NCBI GenBank assembly: GCA_023380475.1
Contig: JAMCRD010000003.1
Span: 28,397 to 92,396, forward strand
Length of the DNA: 64,000 bases
Direction: 5' to 3'
Origin: Patescibacteria group bacterium
GTDB lineage: Bacteria > Patescibacteriota > Minisyncoccia > UBA6257 > Colwellbacteraceae
Below the pieces are notes generated by a model. That model did no database searches. It was given only the letters and a program-made list of their open reading frames with translations, and was not told the origin of the DNA. Shown piece by piece: positions 50,025-58,562 of the stretch; position 1 is the first letter of the stretch; each line of letters opens with the position of its first letter. Made by a program: the position numbers and the translations under genes.

Positions 50025-51402
50025 ATTCGCGCCTTCTCCGACAGGTTCATTGCATATCGGAGGAGCGCGCACAGCGCTATTTAACTGGCTGCACGCGAAA
50101 TCGCAGGGCGGTCATTTTATCCTTCGGATTGAAGACACGGACCGCGAGCGGTCCACCCCTGAGTCCGAGGCGGACATTTTGGAGGGGCTGTCTTGGCTAG
50201 GGATAACCTGGGACGAGTTCTACCGCCAGAGCGATCGGATTGGGATCTATCGCGAGTATCTTAAAAAACTTATTGATGACGACAAAGCGTATTACTGCTT
50301 CTGTTCCAAGGAAGACCTGGAGGCTGAACGGCAGGCGTTGGTAGCTCAAGGTTTTCCTCCCAAATATTCCGGCCGATGTCGCGCCCTCTCAAAAGAAGAG
50401 GTAGTCAAACGACTTAACGAAAATAAAGAACACGTCATCCGTTTCAAAGTACCCGAAAGGGAAGTGGTGTTTAAGGACTTAATAAGAGGCCAAGTGAAGT
50501 TCGACGCCTCGCTGTCGGGCGACGTCATAATCGCCAAAAATCTGGACCAGCCACTGTACAACTTTGCGGTAACTGTCGACGACTTTCTGATGGGTATAAC
50601 ACATGTGATCAGGGGAGAGGAGCACCTCTCGAACACGCCTAAACAGATACTGCTGGCTGAGGCTATGGGCATGAACGCACCGCAATTCGCACATCTTCCT
50701 CTCATCTTAAATACTGACCGCAGCAAGATGTCCAAGCGTATGTCTGACGTCGCCTTGCATGACTATCGTAACAAAGGCTATCTACCGCAAGCGATAGTCA
50801 ATTTTATATCCTTCCTAGGATGGCATCCCAGGGAGGACAAAGATATGATGAGTCTCGACCAGATCACATCCGAATTTGAGCTTAACCGCGTTCAGAAAGG
50901 CGGAGCTATATTCAATGTAGATAAATTGGATTGGCTGAACGCTCACTATATCAACAGCCTGACTCCTGAAGAGCTAGCCGGGATGGCTAAGCCCTTCATG
51001 CCTGAAGGGTACGAACTGACAATCGCGATGGCGGCCAGTGTAAAAGGGAGAATAAAAACCTTGGCTGAGATACAAGGCATAGTTGATTTGTTCTTCAAGC
51101 TGCCGGCGTATGATACTGAATTATTAAAATGGAAAGACATGCCGCTTTCACAGGTGACCTCTAACCTGGAGTCAGCTTTAACCGTGCTAAATAAAATAGG
51201 CGAGAGTGACTACAACCAAGCTAATCTCGAGAAGGTTTTATCACCGCTGGCACCGGAAGGGAATAGGGGAGAACTCTTCTGGCCGCTAAGAGTTGCTCTC
51301 TCGGGCAGTAAAGCTTCTCCCGGTCCATTCGAGATAATGGAAGTCTTGGGTAAACAGGAAAGCCTCTCCAGAATAGAGAAAGCCATCACTAAAGCTAGAT
51401 AA
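50011..51402 (+). CDS. gltX: Glutamyl-tRNA synthetase
   Basis: [22 protein letters not shown] (HIGH) and KMSKR (KMSKS) motifs. Confidence 0.93.
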   Translation: [463 protein letters not shown]

Positions 51403-51404
51403 AC

Positions 51405-52682
51405 ATGGTTCGTAAAATCATCCATAGCAGAGAAATGGCCAAGTTCCTGACCGCGACGGTTCTGCTGGTTAATCTCGCTACGCCTTTTACAGCGGCAGCT
51501 CAAACCGTGACGACTCAACCCACAGCTGCCTCCACCGCATCCCTGCAATCCGAGATCGACGCCAACAATCAGGCAATAGCTAACCTAAATGCACAGATAG
51601 CCCAGTATCAAGCTGAGATCCAGCAGGCTGGAGAAAACAAGAAGACTCTTCAGGCAGCCATCAATTCCCTCAACCTGCAACGCAAAAAGATACAAACACA
51701 AATATACGTCACTAAAGCCCAGATTAGTACCACCAACATCCAGATCCAGCAACTCGGCGACAGTATAGCCAGCACTACACAGATAATCGCCTCCGAGCAG
51801 GAAGCACTAGCCGCAGATATGCGTCTCTTAGAACAAGCTGATAATCAGGAACCACTAGCGATAATATTGTCTTCCGGCACTCTAGACCAAGCCTGGACCA
51901 ACGCTAACGCGGCTCTTCAAATTCAGGAAGCGATTCAAGAAAAGATGACTGCACTTAGGGCTCAAGAAGATAGCCTTACGACTTCCCAAACTGCTTCCCA
52001 AGTTAAACAGGCGACGCTTTCTTCACAGCAACAAACCCTGACCAAACAACAGCAGACCCTGACTGATACAGAAAAATCTAAGACTCGGCTGTTGTCCGAA
52101 ACGAACGCGCAAGAGTCCGTGTATGAACAACTCCTTGCCTCAGCCGAAGAGCAACTCAACAGCATTTCAACATTTTCAAAAAACGCTGGGGGATCAGGAA
52201 TCCTAGGAGATCAAACCCGATGCGATGCTTGGGGGTGCTATTATAACCAGCGCGATGCCGCCTGGGGCAGCGATCCGCTGGACGGCACGAGCTATACTCT
52301 CGCCAGCGATGGTTGCCTAGTAACTTCGGTGGCCATGGTCCTGACTCACTACGGCTATCACAATGTCACACCCGTGACTATAAATACCAACCCCAACAAC
52401 TTTGCGCCATACTTCCCAGCTTATTTGCTGACCACCATAAACGTTGATGGGACTACAGTCACCAGAGTCAGAGCGGCGATTGATGCCACACTGGCCACCG
52501 GTAACCCGGTGATAGTTGGCTTGCATGCCTACGGCGGCACCCACTTTGTAGTTTTGGTGAGCGGCAGCAAGGGTAATTACATCATGCGCGACCCATACAT
52601 AGAAAACGGCGACAATATTCTATTTGCAGATCACTATTCCCTAAGGAGCGTCTTTGCGGTAACCAAGGTACAAATAAGCTGA
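51405..52682 (+). CDS. Secreted coiled-coil protein with C-terminal papain-like (C39-like) cysteine peptidase domain, PcsB-like architecture
   Basis: Signal peptide ending FTAAAQ and a Q-rich coiled coil of about 230 aa. The C-terminal domain has candidate Cys (DGCLVTSVAMVL) and His (GGTHFVVLV). Confidence 0.6.
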   Translation: MVRKIIHSREMAKFLTATVLLVNLATPFTAAAQTVTTQPTAASTASLQSEIDANNQAIANLNAQIAQYQAEIQQAGENKKTLQAAINSLNLQRKKIQTQIYVTKAQISTTNIQIQQLGDSIASTTQIIASEQEALAADMRLLEQADNQEPLAIILSSGTLDQAWTNANAALQIQEAIQEKMTALRAQEDSLTTSQTASQVKQATLSSQQQTLTKQQQTLTDTEKSKTRLLSETNAQESVYEQLLASAEEQLNSISTFSKNAGGSGILGDQTRCDAWGCYYNQRDAAWGSDPLDGTSYTLASDGCLVTSVAMVLTHYGYHNVTPVTINTNPNNFAPYFPAYLLTTINVDGTTVTRVRAAIDATLATGNPVIVGLHAYGGTHFVVLVSGSKGNYIMRDPYIENGDNILFADHYSLRSVFAVTKVQIS

Positions 52683-52719
52683 TTTCCCATTTAAGACTAT
52701 ATATGCTATACTCTGTCAA

Positions 52720-52872
52720 ATGGGTTTGCAGACGCTGATAAACAATGTGACATCCACCGCTGCTACCATAATTGGTCCGGCCAAAACTATTCTCGTGTCT
52801 GTAACTCAGATCATCGTACAGATATTGCAATACATTGTTTACCTTCTTAATTTACTGATATCTAAGCTATAG
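52720..52872 (+). CDS. 50-aa hydrophobic micro-ORF (tentative)
   Basis: MGLQTLINNVTSTAATIIGPAKTILVSVTQIIVQILQYIVYLLNLLISKL. TATACT ends 7 nt before the ATG, and a terminator follows at 52892-52920. Confidence 0.3.
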   Translation: MGLQTLINNVTSTAATIIGPAKTILVSVTQIIVQILQYIVYLLNLLISKL

Positions 52873-52891
52873 CAAGATACCTACAAATAAC

Positions 52892-52920
52892 AAAACAGTC
52901 CTCCAAGAGGGGACTGTTTT
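52892..52920 (+). terminator. Intrinsic terminator
   Basis: AAAACAGTCC-tccaagagg-GGACTGTTTT. Confidence 0.75.
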
Positions 52921-52940
52921 TAGTATGGTATGATAAACCA

Positions 52941-53618
52941 ATGTTCACTCCTATAAGGAAAGTAAACGGGATATCTTATGAAAGAATAGCTGTTAAGACA
53001 CATCTGATAAGATTCGGGGAAAATCTTATAGGACTCCTCAAAAAATATGTTTCACCTGTTTTGAAGCCGGGGGATTGGTTAGCACTTTCTGAAAAAGTTG
53101 TGTCGGTAACGCAAAACAATATCCGCCATATTTCGACTGTAAAAGTTAGTTGGCTAGCCAAATTGATTGTGAGGGGAGTGAAGAAATACCCCGATGACAA
53201 AGGATGGGACAATCCTGAGAAAATGCAGGTAGCAATAGAAATGGCTGGTTATCCAAGAGCTATCCTAGCAATGTTGCTCGGCGGCATCGGGAAGGTGTTC
53301 CATATCCGTGGCATCTTCTGGACTGTCTTAGGGCACCGCGCTGGAGAACTTGATGGCTTCAATCCAGTGGTTCTTCAACCGTATCGAGAAAACGTCGCTC
53401 TACCGCCATCGCATCCAAGAGAAATGTGCGAAAGGATTGAACGAGAATTGGGCGCACCGGCAGTGATCATAGACGGCAATAACATCAATGTTAAAGTCAT
53501 CGCGATGAGCCACGGCATGCCAGTAAACACTAAGTTCGCTAGATTGGTGCTCTTGGACAATCCCATGGGGCAGGAAGATGAACTAACCCCCTTCATAATT
53601 GTGCGTAAGAAAGATTAA
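52941..53618 (+). CDS. CofE-like (F420-0:gamma-glutamyl ligase family) protein
   Basis: Family-like pattern: KPGDWLALSEKVVSVTQ, IIDGNN and a C-terminal NPMGQEDELTPFIIVRK (compare ..MGEGG.GIP.VVVRG). Confidence 0.5.
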   Translation: MFTPIRKVNGISYERIAVKTHLIRFGENLIGLLKKYVSPVLKPGDWLALSEKVVSVTQNNIRHISTVKVSWLAKLIVRGVKKYPDDKGWDNPEKMQVAIEMAGYPRAILAMLLGGIGKVFHIRGIFWTVLGHRAGELDGFNPVVLQPYRENVALPPSHPREMCERIERELGAPAVIIDGNNINVKVIAMSHGMPVNTKFARLVLLDNPMGQEDELTPFIIVRKKD

Positions 53619-54226
53619 TGATAATCACCTGGGCCGGCGTAAAGCCTATTTTTGCCATTCTCAGTTTGATCACCACCTTATGGGCTGTACTCCCGTATCT
53701 ACGCGACATATTTCTCAAAAAGACGAAGCCCCATGCTTACACTTGGTTGATCTGGACCATAACCCAAGGCACTGCCGCCGCTGGATTGATATATGGCAAG
53801 GGAGGATGGGGAGGCTTAGAACTGGTTGTTGGTACGGCATTGGTATTCATAATATTTCTTCTGTCTCTAAAATATGGCACACGCAGTATAACTAAAAGTG
53901 ACACCGTGGTGCTCATATTCGCGCTGCTAGCGATTGTAATATGGTGGCAATTACATAACCCGTTCCTTGCCGTGATCATGGTGTCAGCCATAGATTTTGC
54001 CGGCTATATACCAAGTTTCAGAAAAACATTTTATGAACCATGGACCGAGACACCATCTTCTTGGGCAATATTCTCGTTGGGCAATATTTTAAACATACTT
54101 GCTCTCAGCCAATATAATTTCCTGACGCTTACTTATCTTATTACGATTATTATTGCTAACGCAGTACTCTTGGCGGTCTGTCTTATAAGGAGACAAGTTG
54201 TACTCCCTGACGCACCTACTAAATAG
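53618..54226 (+). CDS. Polytopic membrane protein, unknown function
   Basis: 202 aa with about 6-7 TM helices. ATGA overlap with the upstream gene. Confidence 0.55.
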   Translation: MIITWAGVKPIFAILSLITTLWAVLPYLRDIFLKKTKPHAYTWLIWTITQGTAAAGLIYGKGGWGGLELVVGTALVFIIFLLSLKYGTRSITKSDTVVLIFALLAIVIWWQLHNPFLAVIMVSAIDFAGYIPSFRKTFYEPWTETPSSWAIFSLGNILNILALSQYNFLTLTYLITIIIANAVLLAVCLIRRQVVLPDAPTK

Positions 54227-54494
54227 GGGACTTATCTCAACAACCCATTCGGATTTTATATTTACGAAACTCCACGCAGATCTTTTCAGTTCAATTTACT
54301 TTTTCAGAATGTTATGTTGAGCTAACGTTGCTCATCCACATCGGCACGCCTCGCTGACTCTGCTAGAATAGCTACAGGGGAGCAGGTTAAGAACCTAATA
54401 TCAATCGTCGTATAATGGCTTTTATACGGCAAATTGCCCAAAAGAAAGCCACTTCTACTCCCCCCTAGGACAACTTAACACGAATATATGCCAT

Positions 54495-54520
54495 CCCGAC
54501 CTGAAAAGGTCGGGTTTCTT
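54495..54520 (+). terminator. Intrinsic terminator in junction region
   Basis: CCCGACC-tgaaaa-GGTCGGG followed by TTTCTT. A TATAAT lies at 54411-54416, about 80 nt upstream. Confidence 0.7.
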
Positions 54521-54545
54521 GGTTTAGAAAGGAAAAAACAATAAG

Positions 54546-54668
54546 ATGGATCGCAACAAAGTCAAGCAGCTAATCGGAGGGCTTACCTTCCTAGCTGCCT
54601 TTTTAATTCTTTCGTACGGTCTGCTGGTCGAGTTGGCAATTCTTAACGCAAGATGGTCTGTAAGATAA
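54546..54668 (+). CDS. 40-aa single-TM micro-ORF (tentative)
   Basis: MDRNKVKQLIGGLTFLAAFLILSYGLLVELAILNARWSVR. Overlaps the next ORF by 16 nt. Confidence 0.3.
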   Translation: MDRNKVKQLIGGLTFLAAFLILSYGLLVELAILNARWSVR

Positions 54669-54895
54669 AGGAAAAGTCCAACCTGTGCATCCACGGCTAT
54701 ACCTATGGATATTGCCCAGGGGGGTGCACGCAGTTCGTCGATACAAGGGAATATCTCAAAGAAAAGCGCCGAGAGTTCCTGAAGTTATGGGGTCCCAAAG
54801 ACTGGACTGACCCTATGACCAAAAAAACAATTTGTCTCAGATTAGTTAATTACGACAGATTGATCCGGATGGCGCCAGGAGTCGAAGCAAATTAA
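54653..54895 (+). CDS. Phage hypothetical protein, Cys-rich
   Basis: 80 aa, with C..C...C...C in its first 25 residues. No recognisable family. Confidence 0.45.
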   Translation: MVCKIKEKSNLCIHGYTYGYCPGGCTQFVDTREYLKEKRREFLKLWGPKDWTDPMTKKTICLRLVNYDRLIRMAPGVEAN

Positions 54896-54905
54896 CAACG
54901 GTCTC

Positions 54906-55002
54906 AATCGGGAGGGATGCGATCCCCCTCTAAGCGCTTCATAAGAGTGCCGGGAAGACTAGGAAGTTTAATCGGAGACGGTTGGCTTCCTCTCTCCCGA
55001 TT
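54906..55002 (+). promoter_or_regulatory. Operator-like repeated motif AATCGG(G)AG (two direct copies, one inverted)
   Basis: aatcgggaggga at 54906-54917, aatcggagac at 54970-54979, and an inverted copy tctctcccgatt at 54991-55002, just upstream of the ATG at 55020. Confidence 0.3.
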
Positions 55003-55019
55003 ACCAAGATTAAAAGCAA

Positions 55020-56012
55020 ATGAAAACATACACATACGAACCAACAAAACATCCTAGGCTCTTTCGCGTGGTAGACCGCGAGGGGAATTGGGAAAGGTAT
55101 TTCCTGACCGACCTTGTACCTGAAAAGGGCCGAGAAATATCGACCATGGGCGGAGTTTATCTTCGTGGCGTTACTACCATCCTTGATAAGGGATACGCCA
55201 AAGGAGAAGGTCTGTTACGCTTTCTGTCGCAGCATACCGAATCGGAAAGAGATGAGATCCTAAAGTCGGCTGGCGAGAGAGGTGACAAAGTTCACCGCGC
55301 TATTGCCATGCTCAGCGAAGGCTTAGGAACTCTCAACAAAACCGATGGGGTCTATAACCGTGAGATCAAAGAATACGAACCCTTGAGCAATGAGGAATGG
55401 GATTGTCTATTGGCTTTTGAGAGTTTTTGGAGAAGGCACGAACCGATAGTGTTGCAATCAGAAGCACCACTCTATTCGTTGGAAGGAGGGTACGCTGGGA
55501 CAGCCGATAAGATTTGGATCTTAACGAAAGCCTGTGATGTCAAGATGTGCCCTTGCAAGGACTGGATAAACCTCATCGGTCTGAACGATTACAAGACCAG
55601 TTCTGGTATTTACCCGAGCTACTGGGCTCAAGTCGGAGCCTACGCTAAAGCTGAGAACATCAAAGAGTATCTCCCAACGGGCAGAGTGATTGACTACACC
55701 TCGATCCTGCGGCTTGGCACAAACCACAAAACAACGGGAGGTTATGAGTTTCGGGTCAGCAACAGGCTCGGGGCTCAATATGAGTTGTTTGGGGCAGCCA
55801 AGACGATAGCCAACTATGAGAGCAATGAGTTCGATCCCTCCAAAGAGGTTCAAGAAATTCCTGATTCAATCACCATTGAATTGAAAAAGATGCCGGAGTC
55901 CGTCGAAACTCCCAAAGTCGAAAAGAAAAATGGAAAAGGTAAAAGAAATCAACCAAAAGCTGGGCGTAGTGCCAAAGCTAAGGCTGGGCACGCAGCAACC
56001 AGCCAAAAGTAA
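55020..56012 (+). CDS. Phage PD-(D/E)XK (RecB/Cas4-like) exonuclease
   Basis: Motifs GYAGTADKIW, LNDYKTSSG and QVGAYAKA (a QxxxY-type motif). Lys-rich tail. Confidence 0.65.
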   Translation: MKTYTYEPTKHPRLFRVVDREGNWERYFLTDLVPEKGREISTMGGVYLRGVTTILDKGYAKGEGLLRFLSQHTESERDEILKSAGERGDKVHRAIAMLSEGLGTLNKTDGVYNREIKEYEPLSNEEWDCLLAFESFWRRHEPIVLQSEAPLYSLEGGYAGTADKIWILTKACDVKMCPCKDWINLIGLNDYKTSSGIYPSYWAQVGAYAKAENIKEYLPTGRVIDYTSILRLGTNHKTTGGYEFRVSNRLGAQYELFGAAKTIANYESNEFDPSKEVQEIPDSITIELKKMPESVETPKVEKKNGKGKRNQPKAGRSAKAKAGHAATSQK

Positions 56013-56421
56013 GGACGGCAAGATCTACAACGCCATTGTTCCTAATGGTCCGCATCGATTAAAGTTTTTGGACGAACCAGTCGTCATTATAGCTAACATC
56101 AACGGTAAACCTGGGAAGGTCTTGAAATTCACAGTCGAAGAGAACGGCCAGAAGTTTCGTTGGATAGTAAAAATACTAAACGCCGAGGGACAGCCCAATT
56201 ATCTATTGGAACATCTTGAGCCTGTTATGGTCGGCGAGGAAAGAATAGTGGAGATGAAAAACAAGGGCGCTCGCAAGTTCATCGAGATCAGGAAGGTTGG
56301 AGAGGAATCAGCCTCGGAGGATGAAACCGATGAGATAGTCGATTACAAGGAGGATGAGGGATTGTCCGAAGACGAACTCAACGAGATGAGTCGCAGGGCC
56401 AAAGAAGATCTGAAAGAATGA
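55930..56421 (+). CDS. Phage protein with acidic C-terminal tail (possible SSB-like)
   Basis: 163 aa with a beta-rich core and a tail EESASEDETDEIVDYKEDEGLSEDEL. The start is uncertain because of an 83-nt overlap with the upstream ORF. Confidence 0.4.
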   Translation: MEKVKEINQKLGVVPKLRLGTQQPAKSKDGKIYNAIVPNGPHRLKFLDEPVVIIANINGKPGKVLKFTVEENGQKFRWIVKILNAEGQPNYLLEHLEPVMVGEERIVEMKNKGARKFIEIRKVGEESASEDETDEIVDYKEDEGLSEDELNEMSRRAKEDLKE

Positions 56422-56603
56422 AAGCCTATCTCATACAAATTGAAGTGCGTCTTTCCTCCAAATCATATTTTCAGACACTGGGAGAGTCGCGACAGAATTG
56501 CAGCTCAGCGGAGACCGCCTCCAGTAGGGCTTTGAGAGAACTCAGACATGAATTGAAAGGTCGGAGGATAGCCGAGTACAAGATCCATATCACCAAGTGC
56601 TAG
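56418..56603 (+). CDS. Phage hypothetical protein
   Basis: 61 aa with an ATGA-type overlap with the upstream gene. Confidence 0.4.
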   Translation: MKAYLIQIEVRLSSKSYFQTLGESRQNCSSAETASSRALRELRHELKGRRIAEYKIHITKC

Positions 56604-56702
56604 TTATCTGACTGGGGCGTCCGGGCCAGATTAAGATCAACACTCCAAGTATCTCGATCTCATCGGCGTCTTGGTCAAGGAGAATAAGCAAAAGGGGAAG
56701 CG

Positions 56703-57185
56703 ATGTACTACATAAATATATCAAACGGTCTGCTTAAAGATTCCCACCGTACAAGGATGGGAGAGGCTATTTGGGAGTTCATGTGGTTATTGGATCGTAT
56801 GACTAGCGAGAGCGAGGATGGCATAGGGAAAGTCTTGGGGGGCAGGCCGATAAAGATTGATGAAATAGCCTGTGGATTTCCTGTGCATAGGACAACGGTG
56901 ATCCGCAATCTCAAACGCTTGGAGAATGAAGGATACATCAACGTTATTCGGGCTCCTTACGGATTAGTGATAACTGTGAATAAAGCCAAGAAAAAGCTAG
57001 TGAGAGATGTTGCGAGTTTGCACAGAGATATAGCGGATACGCAACATCTAATTAGATATAGCAAAGACGCAACATCTAATAATACTAAACACTACTTAAC
57101 AAAGACTAAACAGTCGGCACGCCCTGCGGGCGTCGATGTTAAACCCCTTGAAGGCGTAAGAGGGGGAGGATTAAGGCATATATGA
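56703..57185 (+). CDS. Winged-helix DNA-binding protein (replication-initiator or regulator-like)
   Basis: The segment IDEIACGFPVHRTTVIRNLKRLENEGYINVIR is a wHTH recognition helix plus wing. Confidence 0.55.
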   Translation: MYYINISNGLLKDSHRTRMGEAIWEFMWLLDRMTSESEDGIGKVLGGRPIKIDEIACGFPVHRTTVIRNLKRLENEGYINVIRAPYGLVITVNKAKKKLVRDVASLHRDIADTQHLIRYSKDATSNNTKHYLTKTKQSARPAGVDVKPLEGVRGGGLRHI

Positions 57186-57279
57186 ACCAAATGCCCGAAA
57201 AATACGTTACGGGCAGTTAACAAAACTCTAGGCGGTTCGTCGATGCCGATTAATCAAGAATCAAAAGTCAAAAAACAAA

Positions 57280-57756
57280 ATGAACAAAAACGACATAAAC
57301 AACAACTGGGTAGAAATAGGATACAAGCAAATCCCCCAAAAGGTTTTCGACAAATACGGAGTCAAGCCGTTCGAGATAATGAAACGGAAGATGCGCAAAA
57401 AAGAGGGTCAAGTCTGGAACCTCATCTCTTACAATGACGCCAAAGAAGAAGCCGAGCGACGGGGCTGCCGTCTTCCCTCCGTTCAGGAGATGCTGGTACT
57501 GCTCGAATGGTACAAGCACGAGAAGGGGAACAAGGCGAATATCAGAGACAATCAATTTCTGGGCATAGAGGAGCTTTCATATAAGGAGTTTGTCTATCTG
57601 GAATGGGTGGAAGGACTAATTCCGTACCTTCGCGGTGGCGATTGGGGTAATGGCTCGGGTGGTGGGCCGTTCACGTTGAACCTGGATTGGGGCGCGGGCA
57701 CTACGAGCACCTATGTGGGTTTCCGCTGTGCCCGCAGCCGTAGAAATCCGAAATAA
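57280..57756 (+). CDS. C-type-lectin-fold (DUF1566 / FGE-sulfatase-like) domain protein
   Basis: SYNDAKEEAERRGCRLPSVQEMLVLL, and a C-terminal RGGDWGNGSGGG...YVGFRCAR resembling CLec-fold ligand-binding ends. Confidence 0.5.
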   Translation: MNKNDINNNWVEIGYKQIPQKVFDKYGVKPFEIMKRKMRKKEGQVWNLISYNDAKEEAERRGCRLPSVQEMLVLLEWYKHEKGNKANIRDNQFLGIEELSYKEFVYLEWVEGLIPYLRGGDWGNGSGGGPFTLNLDWGAGTTSTYVGFRCARSRRNPK

Positions 57757-57763
57757 AACGAAG

Positions 57764-58153
57764 ATGGAGCTTAAATTGACCCAACACGACATAATCAGGA
57801 ACTACCTCGACGGGAAGGGATGGGTGTACGAGTACAAAATCCGAGGGCTGGACACCGAGTGGGGCTTCATCGGGGCCAGAGGGGACAGGGACGTAAGGCA
57901 GATGATAAGGAACGGGGAACTGGAAGCCTCCTTTAACGGCAAATACCGAATAGTCAGATTGAAAAGGTCGCCGAGTCCAAGAGAACTAGCGGATGAACTC
58001 AACCAAGAAATTGAGGAGAAAGGCGGACAGGTTGTGGCAGATAAAATGCCAAGCCCTATCAAAGAGGTGTCTGGTATGCGGACGGCCGACGCAGGTATGC
58101 CATCACTTTTTCCCGAAGAGCATAGCGGCATCTCTTCGCTACGACATTTCTAA
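57764..58153 (+). CDS. Phage hypothetical protein
   Basis: MELKLTQHDIIRNYLDGKGWVYEYKIRG... The last 161 nt overlap the next gene in another frame. Confidence 0.4.
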   Translation: MELKLTQHDIIRNYLDGKGWVYEYKIRGLDTEWGFIGARGDRDVRQMIRNGELEASFNGKYRIVRLKRSPSPRELADELNQEIEEKGGQVVADKMPSPIKEVSGMRTADAGMPSLFPEEHSGISSLRHF

Positions 58154-58370
58154 CGGCGTTCCGTTATGCAACGTTTGCCATTTCAAGCTGCACAACGGAG
58201 ACCCCACCGTGGGGGCGAAGATACTGGAATTGAGGGGAGCAAAATGGCTGGAGGGATTGGAAGAGCGGCGCAAGGGGAAGGTCAGACCGACGGTGGGATA
58301 TTTCGAGAAAGTCATCGCCGACCTGTCTAACGAGACTGACGAGAAACAAAGAAAGGACAAAGAAAAATGA
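57993..58370 (+). CDS. NinG-like / HNH-type zinc-binding protein
   Basis: KKLRRKADRLWQIKC..CLVCGRPTQVCHHFFPKS...NGVPLCNVCHFKLH. Confidence 0.5.
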   Translation: MNSTKKLRRKADRLWQIKCQALSKRCLVCGRPTQVCHHFFPKSIAASLRYDISNGVPLCNVCHFKLHNGDPTVGAKILELRGAKWLEGLEERRKGKVRPTVGYFEKVIADLSNETDEKQRKDKEK

Positions 58371-58522
58371 AACAAAAAATGAAGAGGCTCACGGTGTGGG
58401 TAACGACGGAGAATCTGAAGCAGCTCGCCAAACTCGCCAGGGAGTCCAACAAGTCTCGGGTAATCAGGGGTTTAATCGTAAAGGCCGCAGGTGGGGGTTC
58501 CCAGTCGGAAAAGGTACGGTAA
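58367..58522 (+). CDS. Ribbon-helix-helix (CopG-like) protein, 51 aa (not in ORF track)
   Basis: MKQKMKRLTVWVTTENLKQLAKLARESNKSRVIRGLIVKA shows a beta-strand, helix, helix pattern. ATGA overlap with the upstream stop. Confidence 0.5.
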   Translation: MKQKMKRLTVWVTTENLKQLAKLARESNKSRVIRGLIVKAAGGGSQSEKVR

Positions 58523-58562
58523 AGACAAAAACAAAAGAGATGGACGATAATAAATTAGAAAA

